From Verrucomicrobiota bacterium (GTDB lineage: Bacteria; Verrucomicrobiota; Lentisphaeria; Lentisphaerales; Lentisphaeraceae): a stretch of DNA of 29,526 bases. The stretch is taken from positions 1 to 29,526 of the forward strand of contig JBDKFG010000064.1 in assembly GCA_039798785.1 (NCBI GenBank), given 5' to 3'. The notes below the pieces were generated by a model. It had not been told where the DNA came from, ran no database searches, and saw only the letters and a program-made list of their open reading frames with translations. The position numbers and the translations under genes were made by a program. Of this stretch, positions 17,053-26,651 are shown one piece after another; position 1 is the stretch's first letter, and every line of letters begins with the position of its first letter.

Positions 17053-19619
17053 AAACGCTTCTTTTCCTCCTGCTCGGCGCTTCGCTCAGCCTGAGCGCCG
17101 CCGAAACCGTCCCCGAGCCCTGGGGCGATTGGCAGAAACGGCTTGAAGCCGAAGCCGTCCCCGAAACCGCCCTGGCCGAGCGTTTTCGCGAGTTCCGCAA
17201 GAGCTTGCCGGAGACGCCGGAAAACCGCCTCCGGGCCTGGAATCTCGGAGTCGAACTCGCGGTGAAATCCACCGACGCCCAGCTCGATCAGGAACTCTTC
17301 GCGGAAGGCGCGAAACTGGCGCCGAAACTGGGCTCGCTACCGCGTCCGGAGGCCTGGCGTCACCTGATTCTGCGCCTGAGTCAAAGCCGCCGCTTCGTCT
17401 GCGCCCATTCGACCCGCCGCGACGATCTCTACGAAGCCCGCGGCCGCCAGGCCTGGGTCGAATTCCTCGCCTTCTGCACCGGTAGCCTCGCCGCCGGACG
17501 CGAGCTCGACGACACCGAGCTGACGCAGTTCAGCCAGTGCTGCGATCATCTCGCCGCCATGGCTCCTTACATCGGTTTCGAGGTCGATGAGGATCCCGCC
17601 TTCGCGAGCTGCCGCAAGGCCCTCGTCGATCCGGCCTTCGCCAGCCGCCTGCTCCGGCTTGCTCTCGACTTGAGAGGGGATTTCGGCGCCGAGCGCCAGG
17701 CCGAAGCCCGCCGCCTCGAGGCCGAGCTGCGCCGCGGCCAGGCAAAGGGCAGCGACGCCAGACGGCGGGAATGGCTCGCCCTCGTCGCCCTGCTGGAAAT
17801 TCCTCCCGAAACCCTCGCCGCCGAAGTCGAGCCCCGCCTCGGCAGCGACGCCCGGCAGCACGCCCTCTGGGCCTGGATCCTGGCGCGTCGCGGCCCCGGC
17901 AGCGCCGCGGTCCTGCAGGAGAAGATGCGGGCCTGGGCCGGCGCCGCGCCGAATGACGCGGGACGGCTGATCTTCCTCGTCTACCTGAACCAGCTCGAAA
18001 GTCTCGAGGGTCCGGAGATCCACGCCGAGGACTGGCTGCAGGAGCTTTGTGGCCAGGCCTGGGAGGCCTTGCGCCTCGCGCCTGCCTCGCCCCGGCTGAG
18101 CGCCGCCCGCAGCGCCCTGGTGCGCTGCCGCTTTCTCGGTCGCCGTCCCCTCGCGACCTGGATCGCCGCCACCGATCCCTGCCGGGATTTCGACTTCTCC
18201 GGCCTGCCCCGCGAGCTCGATTCGCCCCTCTCCCTGCTGCGTCTCCAGGCCGAAGCGGAAATCCCCGCCGCCTTGCTCCGCCAGGTCGACCGCGATCTCG
18301 ACCCGGAACGCGGCGCGCCGCTCGAGAGGAGCTGGCTTCCCGGGGAACTCGCCGAGCTCGCGACCGGGCTCGAAGCCGCCGCCGCGAAGGCCTCGCCCGG
18401 CAGCGCCCGCTGGTGCCGCACCTGGATCCAAGTGATCCGCCTCCGTCAGGCCTTCGAACGCGGCGATGAAGTGACGCTTGATCTTGGCGATCCCTGGCTC
18501 TGGCGCCAGATCCAAGGTTCCTCCCGAATCGGCGGCGACGGCGCCCTGTACGCCGCGACGCTTTGCGGCCAGCGCTATTTGCGGATGTCGCACCTCGCCC
18601 TGCCGCCGCCCTTCCAGGCCGAGGTGGAGATCAGGCCGGACTTCACCCAATCGGAAATCCACCTCCCCGGCGAATCCTTCTTCGGCCTGGTCTGCGGCGA
18701 CCCCTTGACTTCCCCCTACAGCGGCCGCATCCTCTTCTCCGACGCCCGCTTCGACGCCGTCGGCGTCACCGCTTCGCAAGCTTCCTTCATCGAAGGGCGG
18801 CGGCGCCCAGAACGGCGCTCCTGGGTCCAGAAAGCCCTGGTCTGGCCCGACGGCGCCGAAGTCCACATCGAGTCTGATCGCTTCGGCTACAGCAGCCGCG
18901 ACGAGACCCTCGACTCCAACGAAGCCACCTTCCGTCCCGGCGCCCTCGGCTTTGCCACCCCGCTCGGCCAGCATCGGCGCTGCAGCCATTACGGGATGGT
19001 GGTGTTCCGCCAGCTCAAGTTCCGCCGCCTCGCCGTCTCGGACGCCGCGCTCCGCCAGGAAGGTGGCGTCGGCCGCGAGGTCCGCCTCGCCCTCTCGTGC
19101 AACCGGATCAACCTGCGGCTCTGCCTCGATTCCGCCCTCGCCGAAGGCCGCTGGAAACGCGCCCTGGAGCTGCTCGAACTGATCGGCACCCGCGACTTCC
19201 CCGCCGGCACGCAACGCCTCGATTCCACCCGCGCCCTGGTCGAAGAAGCGGCCCTGGCGGATGAGCGGGCCCGCGCCGAAGAAGGCCTGAAGGACTGGAG
19301 CGCCGCCGCCCGCTCGCGCCGCCGCGCCCTCGCGCTGAACCCGGCCGACGACTTCGCCTCCTCCCTTCGTCGCCGCTGCGCCCTGATCCGCTGCCTCGCC
19401 CTGGCTGGCGACAAGCAGGAATTGCCGGCGCTGGCCCAAGGACTCGAGCTCGCCCTGGAACACCGCTCGCCCGAGCTCCGCGCCGCCGCCCGCCGCGCCC
19501 TCGCCTGGTCGGCTTGGGCCGAAGGGAGGCGCGACGAAGCCGAGCTGCACCTGTCACTCGCCGACAAGCTCGCCCCCGGCGAGAACGGAGATGCCGGATT
19601 GATGCGCCACAAGCCTTGA
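17049..19619 (+). CDS. Large hypothetical exported protein (helical repeats with a central beta-rich domain)
   Basis: Signal peptide MKTLLFLLLGASLSLSA; 856 aa with host-like codon usage. TPR-like C-terminal segments (RRRALALNP). Confidence 0.7.
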   Translation: MKTLLFLLLGASLSLSAAETVPEPWGDWQKRLEAEAVPETALAERFREFRKSLPETPENRLRAWNLGVELAVKSTDAQLDQELFAEGAKLAPKLGSLPRPEAWRHLILRLSQSRRFVCAHSTRRDDLYEARGRQAWVEFLAFCTGSLAAGRELDDTELTQFSQCCDHLAAMAPYIGFEVDEDPAFASCRKALVDPAFASRLLRLALDLRGDFGAERQAEARRLEAELRRGQAKGSDARRREWLALVALLEIPPETLAAEVEPRLGSDARQHALWAWILARRGPGSAAVLQEKMRAWAGAAPNDAGRLIFLVYLNQLESLEGPEIHAEDWLQELCGQAWEALRLAPASPRLSAARSALVRCRFLGRRPLATWIAATDPCRDFDFSGLPRELDSPLSLLRLQAEAEIPAALLRQVDRDLDPERGAPLERSWLPGELAELATGLEAAAAKASPGSARWCRTWIQVIRLRQAFERGDEVTLDLGDPWLWRQIQGSSRIGGDGALYAATLCGQRYLRMSHLALPPPFQAEVEIRPDFTQSEIHLPGESFFGLVCGDPLTSPYSGRILFSDARFDAVGVTASQASFIEGRRRPERRSWVQKALVWPDGAEVHIESDRFGYSSRDETLDSNEATFRPGALGFATPLGQHRRCSHYGMVVFRQLKFRRLAVSDAALRQEGGVGREVRLALSCNRINLRLCLDSALAEGRWKRALELLELIGTRDFPAGTQRLDSTRALVEEAALADERARAEEGLKDWSAAARSRRRALALNPADDFASSLRRRCALIRCLALAGDKQELPALAQGLELALEHRSPELRAAARRALAWSAWAEGRRDEAELHLSLADKLAPGENGDAGLMRHKP

Positions 19620-19751
19620 TGCCGGGCGTCGCCGCGTCGATGACAGGAAAGGCTCGCGATCTCCGCTGTCACAGGGGCTGGATCGGGTGCTGCACTTGGC
19701 CGTTGCCGCAGTAGTTTCGCCTTCGCATTTTCCCGAAAGCCCGAGGACGCC

Positions 19752-20156
19752 ATGTTCGAACTCCATCCCCGCCTTGCCGCCGACACCTTCGCCGTCGCCG
19801 AGCTGCCTTTGTGCTCCGTCCGGCTGATGAACGAAGCCGCCCTGCCCTGGCTCATCCTGGTCCCCCGCCGCGCGGACTTGCGCGAGTTCACCGATCTGCC
19901 GCAGGAGGAGCGGCACCGCCTGATGGACGAGATCTGCCTGGCCTCGGAGGTCCTGCAGAAGCTTTTTGCGCCCGACAAGATCAACGTCGGCGCCTTGGGC
20001 AACCTGGTGCCGCAGTTGCACATCCATGTCCAGGCCCGCAGCTCCGCCGACCGTTGCTGGCCCGGTCCGGTCTGGGGAAGGTTCCCGGCGATCCCCTACG
20101 ACGACGCGGCCCGTCTTGAGCGCCTCGCCGCCCTCCAGGAAGCCTTCGCCCCATGA
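19752..20156 (+). CDS. HIT family protein
   Basis: MFELHPRLAAD, PWLILVPR and DKINVGALGNLVPQLHIHV. GAGG RBS. Confidence 0.9.
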   Translation: MFELHPRLAADTFAVAELPLCSVRLMNEAALPWLILVPRRADLREFTDLPQEERHRLMDEICLASEVLQKLFAPDKINVGALGNLVPQLHIHVQARSSADRCWPGPVWGRFPAIPYDDAARLERLAALQEAFAP

Positions 20157-20605
20157 TCCACGACTATGACCACCGCGAGCTCGAGATGACCCTGCTCGTC
20201 ACCCCCGAGATGGCCAACTTCTCCGGCCGCATGCACGGCGGCGAACTGCTGCGCTGGCTCGACAAGGTCGCCTACACCTGCGCCTCGCGTTACAGCGGCC
20301 AATATCCGGTCACCCTGTCGGTCGACCGCGTCCTCTTCAAGCAGCCGATCCACATCGGCGAAATGCTGACCTTCCTGGCCCGGGTGAACTACACCGGGCG
20401 CAGCTCGATGGAGATCGGCATCAAGGTCATCGCCGAGGACATCCGCACCCGTTCGGTACGCCACACCAACACCTGCTATTTCACCATGGTCGCCATCGAC
20501 GAGCAGGGCCGCAGCGTCGCGGTGCCGCCGCTCGAGATCGCCACCGAGGAGGACCGGCGCCGCTGGGAAGGCGCCCTCCGTCGACGGGAATCGAACAAAA
20601 GCTGA
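20153..20605 (+). CDS. Acyl-CoA thioesterase (HotDog fold, YciA-like)
   Basis: ANFSGRMHGGELLRWLD, VTLSVD.VLFKQPI, VNYTGRSSMEIG and CYFTMVAID. ATGA overlap with the HIT gene. Confidence 0.9.
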   Translation: MIHDYDHRELEMTLLVTPEMANFSGRMHGGELLRWLDKVAYTCASRYSGQYPVTLSVDRVLFKQPIHIGEMLTFLARVNYTGRSSMEIGIKVIAEDIRTRSVRHTNTCYFTMVAIDEQGRSVAVPPLEIATEEDRRRWEGALRRRESNKS

Positions 20606-20630
20606 GGCGCCCCGGCTTCATTTGAGCCGA

Positions 20631-20672
20631 AAAACACTCCGCCGGCCATTTCTGGTCCGGCGGAGTCTGTTT
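20631..20672. terminator. Bidirectional intrinsic terminator (probably the original parC/thioesterase terminator)
   Basis: ACTCCGCCGG(20636-45)/CCGGCGGAGT(20657-66), with an A-run on the left and CTGTTT on the right. Confidence 0.6.
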
Positions 20673-20718
20673 CAGAACAGGGTCGGCTGGGAATCGTCGT
20701 CGGCTTTGCGGCGGCCGC
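20672..20718 (-). repeat. Displaced 47-bp copy of the parC 3' end (att-like direct repeat)
   Basis: TCAGAACAGGGTCGGCTGGGAATCGTCGTCGGCTTTGCGGCGGCCGC matches 21804-21850 at 45/47. Confidence 0.9.
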
Positions 20719-20741
20719 AACCAAAAACCTCCGGGTTTTTC

Positions 20742-20771
20742 TTGACTTTCATCACGCGCTGGGCCTATCTT
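20742..20771 (+). promoter_or_regulatory. Putative sigma70 promoter of the DUF1963 gene
   Basis: TTGACT-N18-TATCTT, then the RBS GAGG before ATG 20810. Confidence 0.4.
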
Positions 20772-20809
20772 GGGGAGTCCACTACAACACATCTCCGAAG
20801 AGGTCAAGC

Positions 20810-21748
20810 ATGTTGATCATCCCTGCACTTCCTGGTCAAATTCATGACCGTTACGATTTCGCCGCCGCGACCCGGATCTTCACCCAAATCGAAGCCGCGC
20901 AGCCGCTGCAGGGCCATAGCGTCACCAGCCCCTGGCACCTTCATGCGATCGAAAGACTGCGCGATCAACACGGCCTGAGAAAGGGTCCGACAACAAGCTC
21001 GGATCTCTTCATCTGGGCGAAAGGCGAAGCCCGACACCCCGCGGCGACAAAAATGGGCGGACGTCCCTATTGGCCGAAAGGCCGCCCATGGCCGCAAGAT
21101 GAGAACGGCAACGCCCTGTTCTTTCTTGCCCAAATCAACTTCCGTGACTCGATGGATCTCATTGGCCGAAAACTCCCCGGCGACCTCCTCGTCATCACCT
21201 CCAGAGAAGAGATCGACTTCTCCTGGTCAGACGACGATGTGAGCTGGCATTGGGTGTCGACCGACGACGAGCCTGATCTCGACCTGGAGGTTGATTCAGC
21301 CATCGGGGATCGCGGCCCCATCCATGGCCTCATCCATCGCATCCAAGACTACCCCGAAGCGGATGACTCTCAGCTCTATGATGTCGTGAAAGAACACTGG
21401 CATCTACCCGTGATCCACGGCACCAAAATCGGCGGTCGAGCCCATAGCATTCAAGGCGACAATCAGGAGCGTGACGAAATTCTCCTCTGTCAATTAAGTT
21501 CAATCGAACTAGCCCTGGATGTCCCCTATCCCTTCGCCAATGAAGCCGCCTCCAGGCATTTTGATTTGCAAAGCCTCTTCGACAATCGGCCTACATCTCC
21601 GATGGAGATGTTGAATAGCCAAGCCCTCTTCGCTCAATTCCTGTCGGGAAGAGGCTGCAACAACCAGATCTCCTTCAGCGACATGGGAAGCCTGTATTTC
21701 TTCCTCAATAGCAAGAATGAGGTCGCGCTCGATTTCCAAGGCTACTGA
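20810..21748 (+). CDS. DUF1963 (YwqG-like) domain protein
   Basis: TKMGGRPYWP...WP...LFFLAQINF, TKIGG...IQ, LLCQL.S and FSDMGSLYFFL pattern. Codon usage is visibly less GC-biased than the neighbours. Confidence 0.8.
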   Translation: MLIIPALPGQIHDRYDFAAATRIFTQIEAAQPLQGHSVTSPWHLHAIERLRDQHGLRKGPTTSSDLFIWAKGEARHPAATKMGGRPYWPKGRPWPQDENGNALFFLAQINFRDSMDLIGRKLPGDLLVITSREEIDFSWSDDDVSWHWVSTDDEPDLDLEVDSAIGDRGPIHGLIHRIQDYPEADDSQLYDVVKEHWHLPVIHGTKIGGRAHSIQGDNQERDEILLCQLSSIELALDVPYPFANEAASRHFDLQSLFDNRPTSPMEMLNSQALFAQFLSGRGCNNQISFSDMGSLYFFLNSKNEVALDFQGY

Positions 21749-21765
21749 AGTTCCGTCCCAGCCCG

Positions 21766-21799
21766 AAAAAGCGCCAGCCTCGTCGAGACTGGCGCTTTG
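21766..21799. terminator. Bidirectional intrinsic terminator between DUF1963 and parC
   Basis: AAAGCGCCAG...CTGGCGCTTT stem with A5 on the left. Confidence 0.65.
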
Positions 21800-21803
21800 T
21801 TGA

Positions 21804-24092
21804 TCAGAACAAAGTCGGCTGGGAATCGTCGTCGGCTTTGCGGCGGCCGCGGCGCTTGGGCGTTTCTTCCTCGGCTTCGGGCTCGGGATCGGCTTTGCGG
21901 CGGCCGCGTTTCGGTGTTTCTTCCTCGACGGCGGCGGGGCGGCTTTGGGATTCGAGGACGAGGGGCGACTCGTAGCCTTCGGGCGGGGAGAAGCGCAGGG
22001 GCGGCGCCTTCCAGCCCTGGCCTTCGGGCAGGCCGGCTTCGTCGTCCTCGGCATTCTCGTCCTCGTCCTGCTCGCGGAGGCGGGGCTTGCGCTGCTGCTC
22101 CTGTTCGCGGGCGTTGGCGGCGTCCTGGTCGGAGCCGCGCTTGCGCATCCGCATCTTCTCGACCGGGCGGTTGGAGATCTTGAGGCCGCGGGTGCCGGGT
22201 TTGGACAGCTCGATGTCGTCGAAGGTCAGCTCGCAGACCTGGTCGCGCAGGCGCAGGGTGTCTTCGAGTTCGCAATCGAGGACGATGCCGGTGTTGGTGG
22301 CGAGGAGCTCAAGCTTGCAGCCTTCGGGGAAGAGGCGGTATTCGCGGTCCATGATGAAGGCGTCGATGCGCAGGCGCTTGGCCCAGGAGAGGCCGGTCTC
22401 GTTGTCGCGATAGACCACCGAATAGATCCGGTCCTTGTCGGAGATGAAGACGTCTTCGATCTTGCCGAAGAAGACCTTGCCGTCGGGCACCGGGACGACC
22501 TTGAAAGTGCCGTCTTTCATGATCACGACGAGGCGGTCGTATTCGGAGACCTTGAAGGATTCGGCGCCGTGGACGCCGGTGCCGAGGTAGCCGGTCTTGC
22601 GGTCGAAGCCGACCTTGAGGTTGGCGAGGGAGATGTTCTTGACGTCGACCTTGGTGATCTTGGTGATCTGGGTGCGGCGGGGGAACTTGTCGGCGTAGCG
22701 CTTGCGGATGTCCTTGAGGAAGTTGATCGTCGTCCCCTTCATGTCGCGCAGCTTGAGCTGGGCCGCGGCGATCTTGGTGTCGATGTCGGCGATCTCGGCG
22801 CGGTTGCGCTCCATGTCGTAGAGGGAGATGCGGCGGATCGGGATTTTCAGGAGGCCGTCGACGTCGTCGTCGCTGACGCTGCGGCGGAGCTGCGGCAGGA
22901 AGGGTTTGAGGCCGGCGTGGACCGCCTTGAGGACGGCCTCGGCGCTGCGGCACTCCTCGATCTTTTTATAGATCCGGTTTTCGATGAAGAGGCGTTCGAG
23001 CGACTTGCCGTGCCAGCGTTCTTCGAGCTTGCCGATCTCGATTTCGAGTTCGCGGCGGAGGTTGTCGACGAGGCGCTGGGTGTTGTGGTGGAGGACTTCG
23101 CCGACGTGCATTTCGACCGGCTGGTTGTCGCGGATGACCACCATGTTGGGGCTGAGGCTGACCTGGCATTCGGTGAAGGCGTAGAGCGCCTCGATGGCCC
23201 AGTCGGCCTGGACGCCGCGCGGCAGGGTGAGTTCGATCTCGGCGGTTTCGGTGGTGTAGTCGTTGATCGCGGCGATCTTGATCTTGCCGTTGCGCTCGGC
23301 CTCTTCGATCGAGGCGATGAGGCTTTCGGTGGTGACCCCGGGCGGCACTTCGCGGATGACGATGGTCTTGTCGTTGATCTTGTCGATCTTGGCCCGGACG
23401 CTGACCTTGCCGCGGCCGAAGTCGTAGAGGCTGGCATCCATCAGGCCGCCGGTGACGAAGTCGGGCACCAGGTTGAAGCGGCGGCCGCGGAGGATGTCGA
23501 TCTGGGCGTCGAGCAGTTCGCCGAAGTTGTGCGGCAGGATGCGGGTGGCCATGCCCACGGCGATGCCGTCGGCGCCCATCATCAGCAGGGCCGGGACCTT
23601 GGCGGGAATGGCGACCGGCTCCTGGTTGCGGCCGTCGTAGGAGTCGGTGTAGACGGTGAGCTCGGGATTGAAGAGGACTTCGCGGGCCAGCGGGGTCAGG
23701 CGGGTCTCGATGTAACGCGCCGCCGAGGCGGAGTCGCCGGTGATGATGTTGCCGAAGTTCCCCTGCTTCTCGAGGAAGAATTCCTTATTGGCGAGAGTGA
23801 CGAGGGCGCCGTAGATCGAGGTATCGCCGTGGGGGTGGAAGGCCATGCAGGCGCCGACCATGTTGGCGACCTTGTGGAACTTGCCGTCGTCGGCGCGGAA
23901 GAGGGTGTGGAGGATGCGGCGCTGGACCGGCTTGAGGCCGTCGTCGACGTCGGGGATGGCGCGGTCGCGGATGACGTAGGAGGCGTATTCGAGGAAGTGG
24001 CCGGTCATCATCCGGTTGAGGTGGGAGCCGCTCTCCTCGCCGGGCGAGGGGAGGAAGCGGTTGTTCTTGTCGGTGCTGATCTCGTCGCTCAT
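21804..24092 (-). CDS. parC: DNA topoisomerase IV subunit A (Bacteroidetes/Chlamydia/spirochaete type; GyrA/ParC family)
   Basis: [32 protein letters not shown], catalytic [10 protein letters not shown] and [14 protein letters not shown]. No GyrA box seen. Confidence 0.8.
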   Translation of the reverse strand: MSDEISTDKNNRFLPSPGEESGSHLNRMMTGHFLEYASYVIRDRAIPDVDDGLKPVQRRILHTLFRADDGKFHKVANMVGACMAFHPHGDTSIYGALVTLANKEFFLEKQGNFGNIITGDSASAARYIETRLTPLAREVLFNPELTVYTDSYDGRNQEPVAIPAKVPALLMMGADGIAVGMATRILPHNFGELLDAQIDILRGRRFNLVPDFVTGGLMDASLYDFGRGKVSVRAKIDKINDKTIVIREVPPGVTTESLIASIEEAERNGKIKIAAINDYTTETAEIELTLPRGVQADWAIEALYAFTECQVSLSPNMVVIRDNQPVEMHVGEVLHHNTQRLVDNLRRELEIEIGKLEERWHGKSLERLFIENRIYKKIEECRSAEAVLKAVHAGLKPFLPQLRRSVSDDDVDGLLKIPIRRISLYDMERNRAEIADIDTKIAAAQLKLRDMKGTTINFLKDIRKRYADKFPRRTQITKITKVDVKNISLANLKVGFDRKTGYLGTGVHGAESFKVSEYDRLVVIMKDGTFKVVPVPDGKVFFGKIEDVFISDKDRIYSVVYRDNETGLSWAKRLRIDAFIMDREYRLFPEGCKLELLATNTGIVLDCELEDTLRLRDQVCELTFDDIELSKPGTRGLKISNRPVEKMRMRKRGSDQDAANAREQEQQRKPRLREQDEDENAEDDEAGLPEGQGWKAPPLRFSPPEGYESPLVLESQSRPAAVEEETPKRGRRKADPEPEAEEETPKRRGRRKADDDSQPTLF

Positions 24093-24138
24093 CGGTAATC
24101 CATTTTGGAATTAGGGATTGGGAAGTGGATTCGACGCT

Positions 24139-26496
24139 TCACTTGATGCCCTTGATCGCGGCGTCGCCCATGAGGGTGCTGATGCGGCTGCGGAGTTCGC
24201 TGGTCTCGCTCGAATCGCGGATGGCGCCGAGGAGGCGGGCGCCAAGGATTTCGGCTTGGCGGCTGTCCTTGCGGGCAAGCTTGGCGAGTTCATCGATGCG
24301 GCTTTCGACCCAGGCGATGGAGAGCAGGTCGACCGCCTGGTTGTCGGGCTGGAGCCGACGGGCGGTTGCGAACTCGGCCCGGAAGGCGGCCCAGCAGGCG
24401 GCCTGGCGGCGGAACTCGGGGCTGGTCGCGGCGAGGCGCTGGAAGAGCCCGAGGATGTCAGCGGCGGGGGCTTCGCGCAGGCGCAGCACCGCGCCGTCAT
24501 CGAGGATCAGCTCGAGGGTGGCGGGGTAGGTGCTCTTGATGGTGCGCACCTTGCCGTTGAGGGTGATCGCCAGGCCCGGGGTGACCGCCTCGGCGAGGCT
24601 GACGAGGAAGTTGCCGGCGTCGTCGCAGGCCTGGGTGAGGCTGGCCGCCTCGAGAGCATAGGCGCCGGGCATTTTCTTGCTAAGGCTGTCGGCGGCGGTG
24701 CGGGCGCCGTCGAGCCGTCCGGCGCCGGCTTCGGCGATCATGGTGACGGCGGTGCTGCGCAGGCGGTCGCGCCAGAGGATGCGGACGGCGCGGGCATCGT
24801 CCCACAAGAGGGCCTGGGCTTGGTCTGCATCTTCCTCCCGGGTCTGGTCGACGCTAGGCTGGGCTCCGAGAGTGGCACTGAGGCGAGAGGCGCCGCGAAG
24901 CGCTTCGATCTCGCTGCGCAGGGAGACCAGTTCATCGGAAAGAGTCTTGATGTCCTTGCCTCGTTCTTCGAGAAGGAGGAGCTGCTCCTTGTTGAGGCTT
25001 TCTGCGGCGAGCTGGGCGCTGCGCAGGCTGGCTTCGCTGGCGAGGAGGCGGATTTCGAGGAGGGCGGCGCGGCTGCGGTGGTCGCCGACGGCGCCGTTGA
25101 GGGGGAAGCTCTCCTCGAGACGTTTCGCCTCTCCGGCGGCGAGGTCCGTCCCCTGCTGGCCGGCTTTCCATGATGCGTAGAGGGCCTCGGCCCGTCGCTG
25201 GTAGTCGCTGGCCGGGCGTTCGGCCTTGATCGCCAGGTAGACTGCTGCTGCTGCTGCTGCGAAGGTGGCGATGTTGGCCAGGAGGAGGGCGCCGAGGCCG
25301 AGGCTGCGACGGCTTTCCATCGGGGTGGAGGTGGGGAAGCGGTCGGTGTTCGCGGCGAGGGAGCTGACCTTGCGGCGGGGCAGGTCGAGAGCCGGCCCCT
25401 GGATCGCCGGATGACCGCCTGTGGCGCCGGAGCTGGCGGCGTTCTTGCGGCGCAGCTCGGCCCCCATGAACTGGCGGCGGTTGATGGATACGGTGTGGAT
25501 GCCTGGGACGGGACGGTTCCCGCTGATCTTCACCCGCAAGTTGTAGATGTCTTGCAGCAGCTCTTCGTAGTCGCTGTGACGCTGGTTGCGGTCCTTCATC
25601 ATCATCCGCTTGATAAGGCGCTTCATCTCGGGGACGATGTCGACGGTCTTGTCCGGGAAGCTGACGTCGTCCTGGATGTGCTGGCGGGCGAGCTCCTTGA
25701 CTGCGCCGGCGTCGAAGGGCAGGCGGCCCATGATGGCGTGGTAGAGGCAGACGCCGAGGGAGTAGATGTCGGCCCGGCAGTCCATCGGCTGGCGCAGGAA
25801 CTGCTCGGGGTTCATGTAGGCGGGAGTACCGGAGATTTCGGTGACGTTCTCGAGATCCTCCTGGCGGCGGGCCAGGCCCATGTCGGTGAGCTTGGCGGTG
25901 CCGTCCGGCATCAGCAGGATGTTGTCCGGCTTGATGTCGCGATGGATCATCTTGGCGTTGTTCCAAGCGTAATGAAGGCCTTCGGCGACCTGCTGGATGA
26001 CGTCGAGAGCTTCGTCGGCGGAGAGGCGGGTTTCGTTCTCCAGGCGGTCGCCGAGAGAGACCCCTTCGACGTATTCCATCGCCATGTAGAGGTCGCCGTC
26101 GTCCTCGCCGAAAGCATAGGTCTGGACCAGATTCTGATGGATCATGCCGGAGACGACTCGGGCTTCGGCGAGGAAGTCCTGGCGGAACTTCGGGTCGCCG
26201 GAGAAGCGCCGGGCGAGGACCTTCAGGGCTGCAGGACGGTCGAGGGAGATCTGCTTCACCAGATAAACCGTGCCCATGCCGCCGGAGCCGATCACACGAT
26301 CGATCAGGAAGTCGTCGATGACCCGGCCGCGGTCGAACGAGCGCCGCGGCACCGCCACTTTGCGGGAACAGCTCGGACAATCGATCTGGTTGCCGAGATC
26401 GAGCGTGCTGACCTTGTAAGGCGAAAGGCAGAAGACGCACTGGAATTTCACGGAGGCCGCCCTGGGCTGTTGCTGATGCGTGCCTACAATAGCCAT
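24139..26496 (-). CDS. Membrane-anchored Ser/Thr protein kinase with N-terminal zinc ribbon
   Basis: CVFC...CPSC; IGSGGMGTVY, ALK, HRDIKPDN, DMG, GTPAYMNPE, DIYSLG; TM segment LGLGALLLANIATFAAAAAAVYLAI. Alternative GTG start at 26451. Confidence 0.9.
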   Translation of the reverse strand: MAIVGTHQQQPRAASVKFQCVFCLSPYKVSTLDLGNQIDCPSCSRKVAVPRRSFDRGRVIDDFLIDRVIGSGGMGTVYLVKQISLDRPAALKVLARRFSGDPKFRQDFLAEARVVSGMIHQNLVQTYAFGEDDGDLYMAMEYVEGVSLGDRLENETRLSADEALDVIQQVAEGLHYAWNNAKMIHRDIKPDNILLMPDGTAKLTDMGLARRQEDLENVTEISGTPAYMNPEQFLRQPMDCRADIYSLGVCLYHAIMGRLPFDAGAVKELARQHIQDDVSFPDKTVDIVPEMKRLIKRMMMKDRNQRHSDYEELLQDIYNLRVKISGNRPVPGIHTVSINRRQFMGAELRRKNAASSGATGGHPAIQGPALDLPRRKVSSLAANTDRFPTSTPMESRRSLGLGALLLANIATFAAAAAAVYLAIKAERPASDYQRRAEALYASWKAGQQGTDLAAGEAKRLEESFPLNGAVGDHRSRAALLEIRLLASEASLRSAQLAAESLNKEQLLLLEERGKDIKTLSDELVSLRSEIEALRGASRLSATLGAQPSVDQTREEDADQAQALLWDDARAVRILWRDRLRSTAVTMIAEAGAGRLDGARTAADSLSKKMPGAYALEAASLTQACDDAGNFLVSLAEAVTPGLAITLNGKVRTIKSTYPATLELILDDGAVLRLREAPAADILGLFQRLAATSPEFRRQAACWAAFRAEFATARRLQPDNQAVDLLSIAWVESRIDELAKLARKDSRQAEILGARLLGAIRDSSETSELRSRISTLMGDAAIKGIK

Positions 26497-26584
26497 GATT
26501 CCGGCAGTTCCACTGCGGCGGAAGGCTTCCCTGCCTCGTCGGAAGCCTCCCGGAGATTTTTCCGGGATTTTCTCCGCCGGAGCG

Positions 26585-26611
26585 GGAACCCCGAGTACCC
26601 AAATGCATCTA
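26585..26611 (+). promoter_or_regulatory. Possible ECF-sigma promoter
   Basis: GGAACC-N14-GCATCTA about 40 bp upstream of the anti-sigma-like gene. Confidence 0.35.
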
Positions 26612-26651
26612 TTGTTTGCAACTGCAACACCGCCCCGACCAGGACCCCCCC

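Noticed and set aside
21945..24098. 717-aa + strand ORF, and similar long antisense ORFs (1108-2046, 2131-3081, 17337-19550, 25411-26655)
   Set aside because: They lie opposite well-supported genes, have no recognisable motifs, and are expected from GC-rich codon bias.
25242..25260. (CTG)n trinucleotide run in the kinase gene
   Set aside because: It encodes poly-Ala in the TM helix. A triplet unit cannot frameshift, so this is not phase variation.
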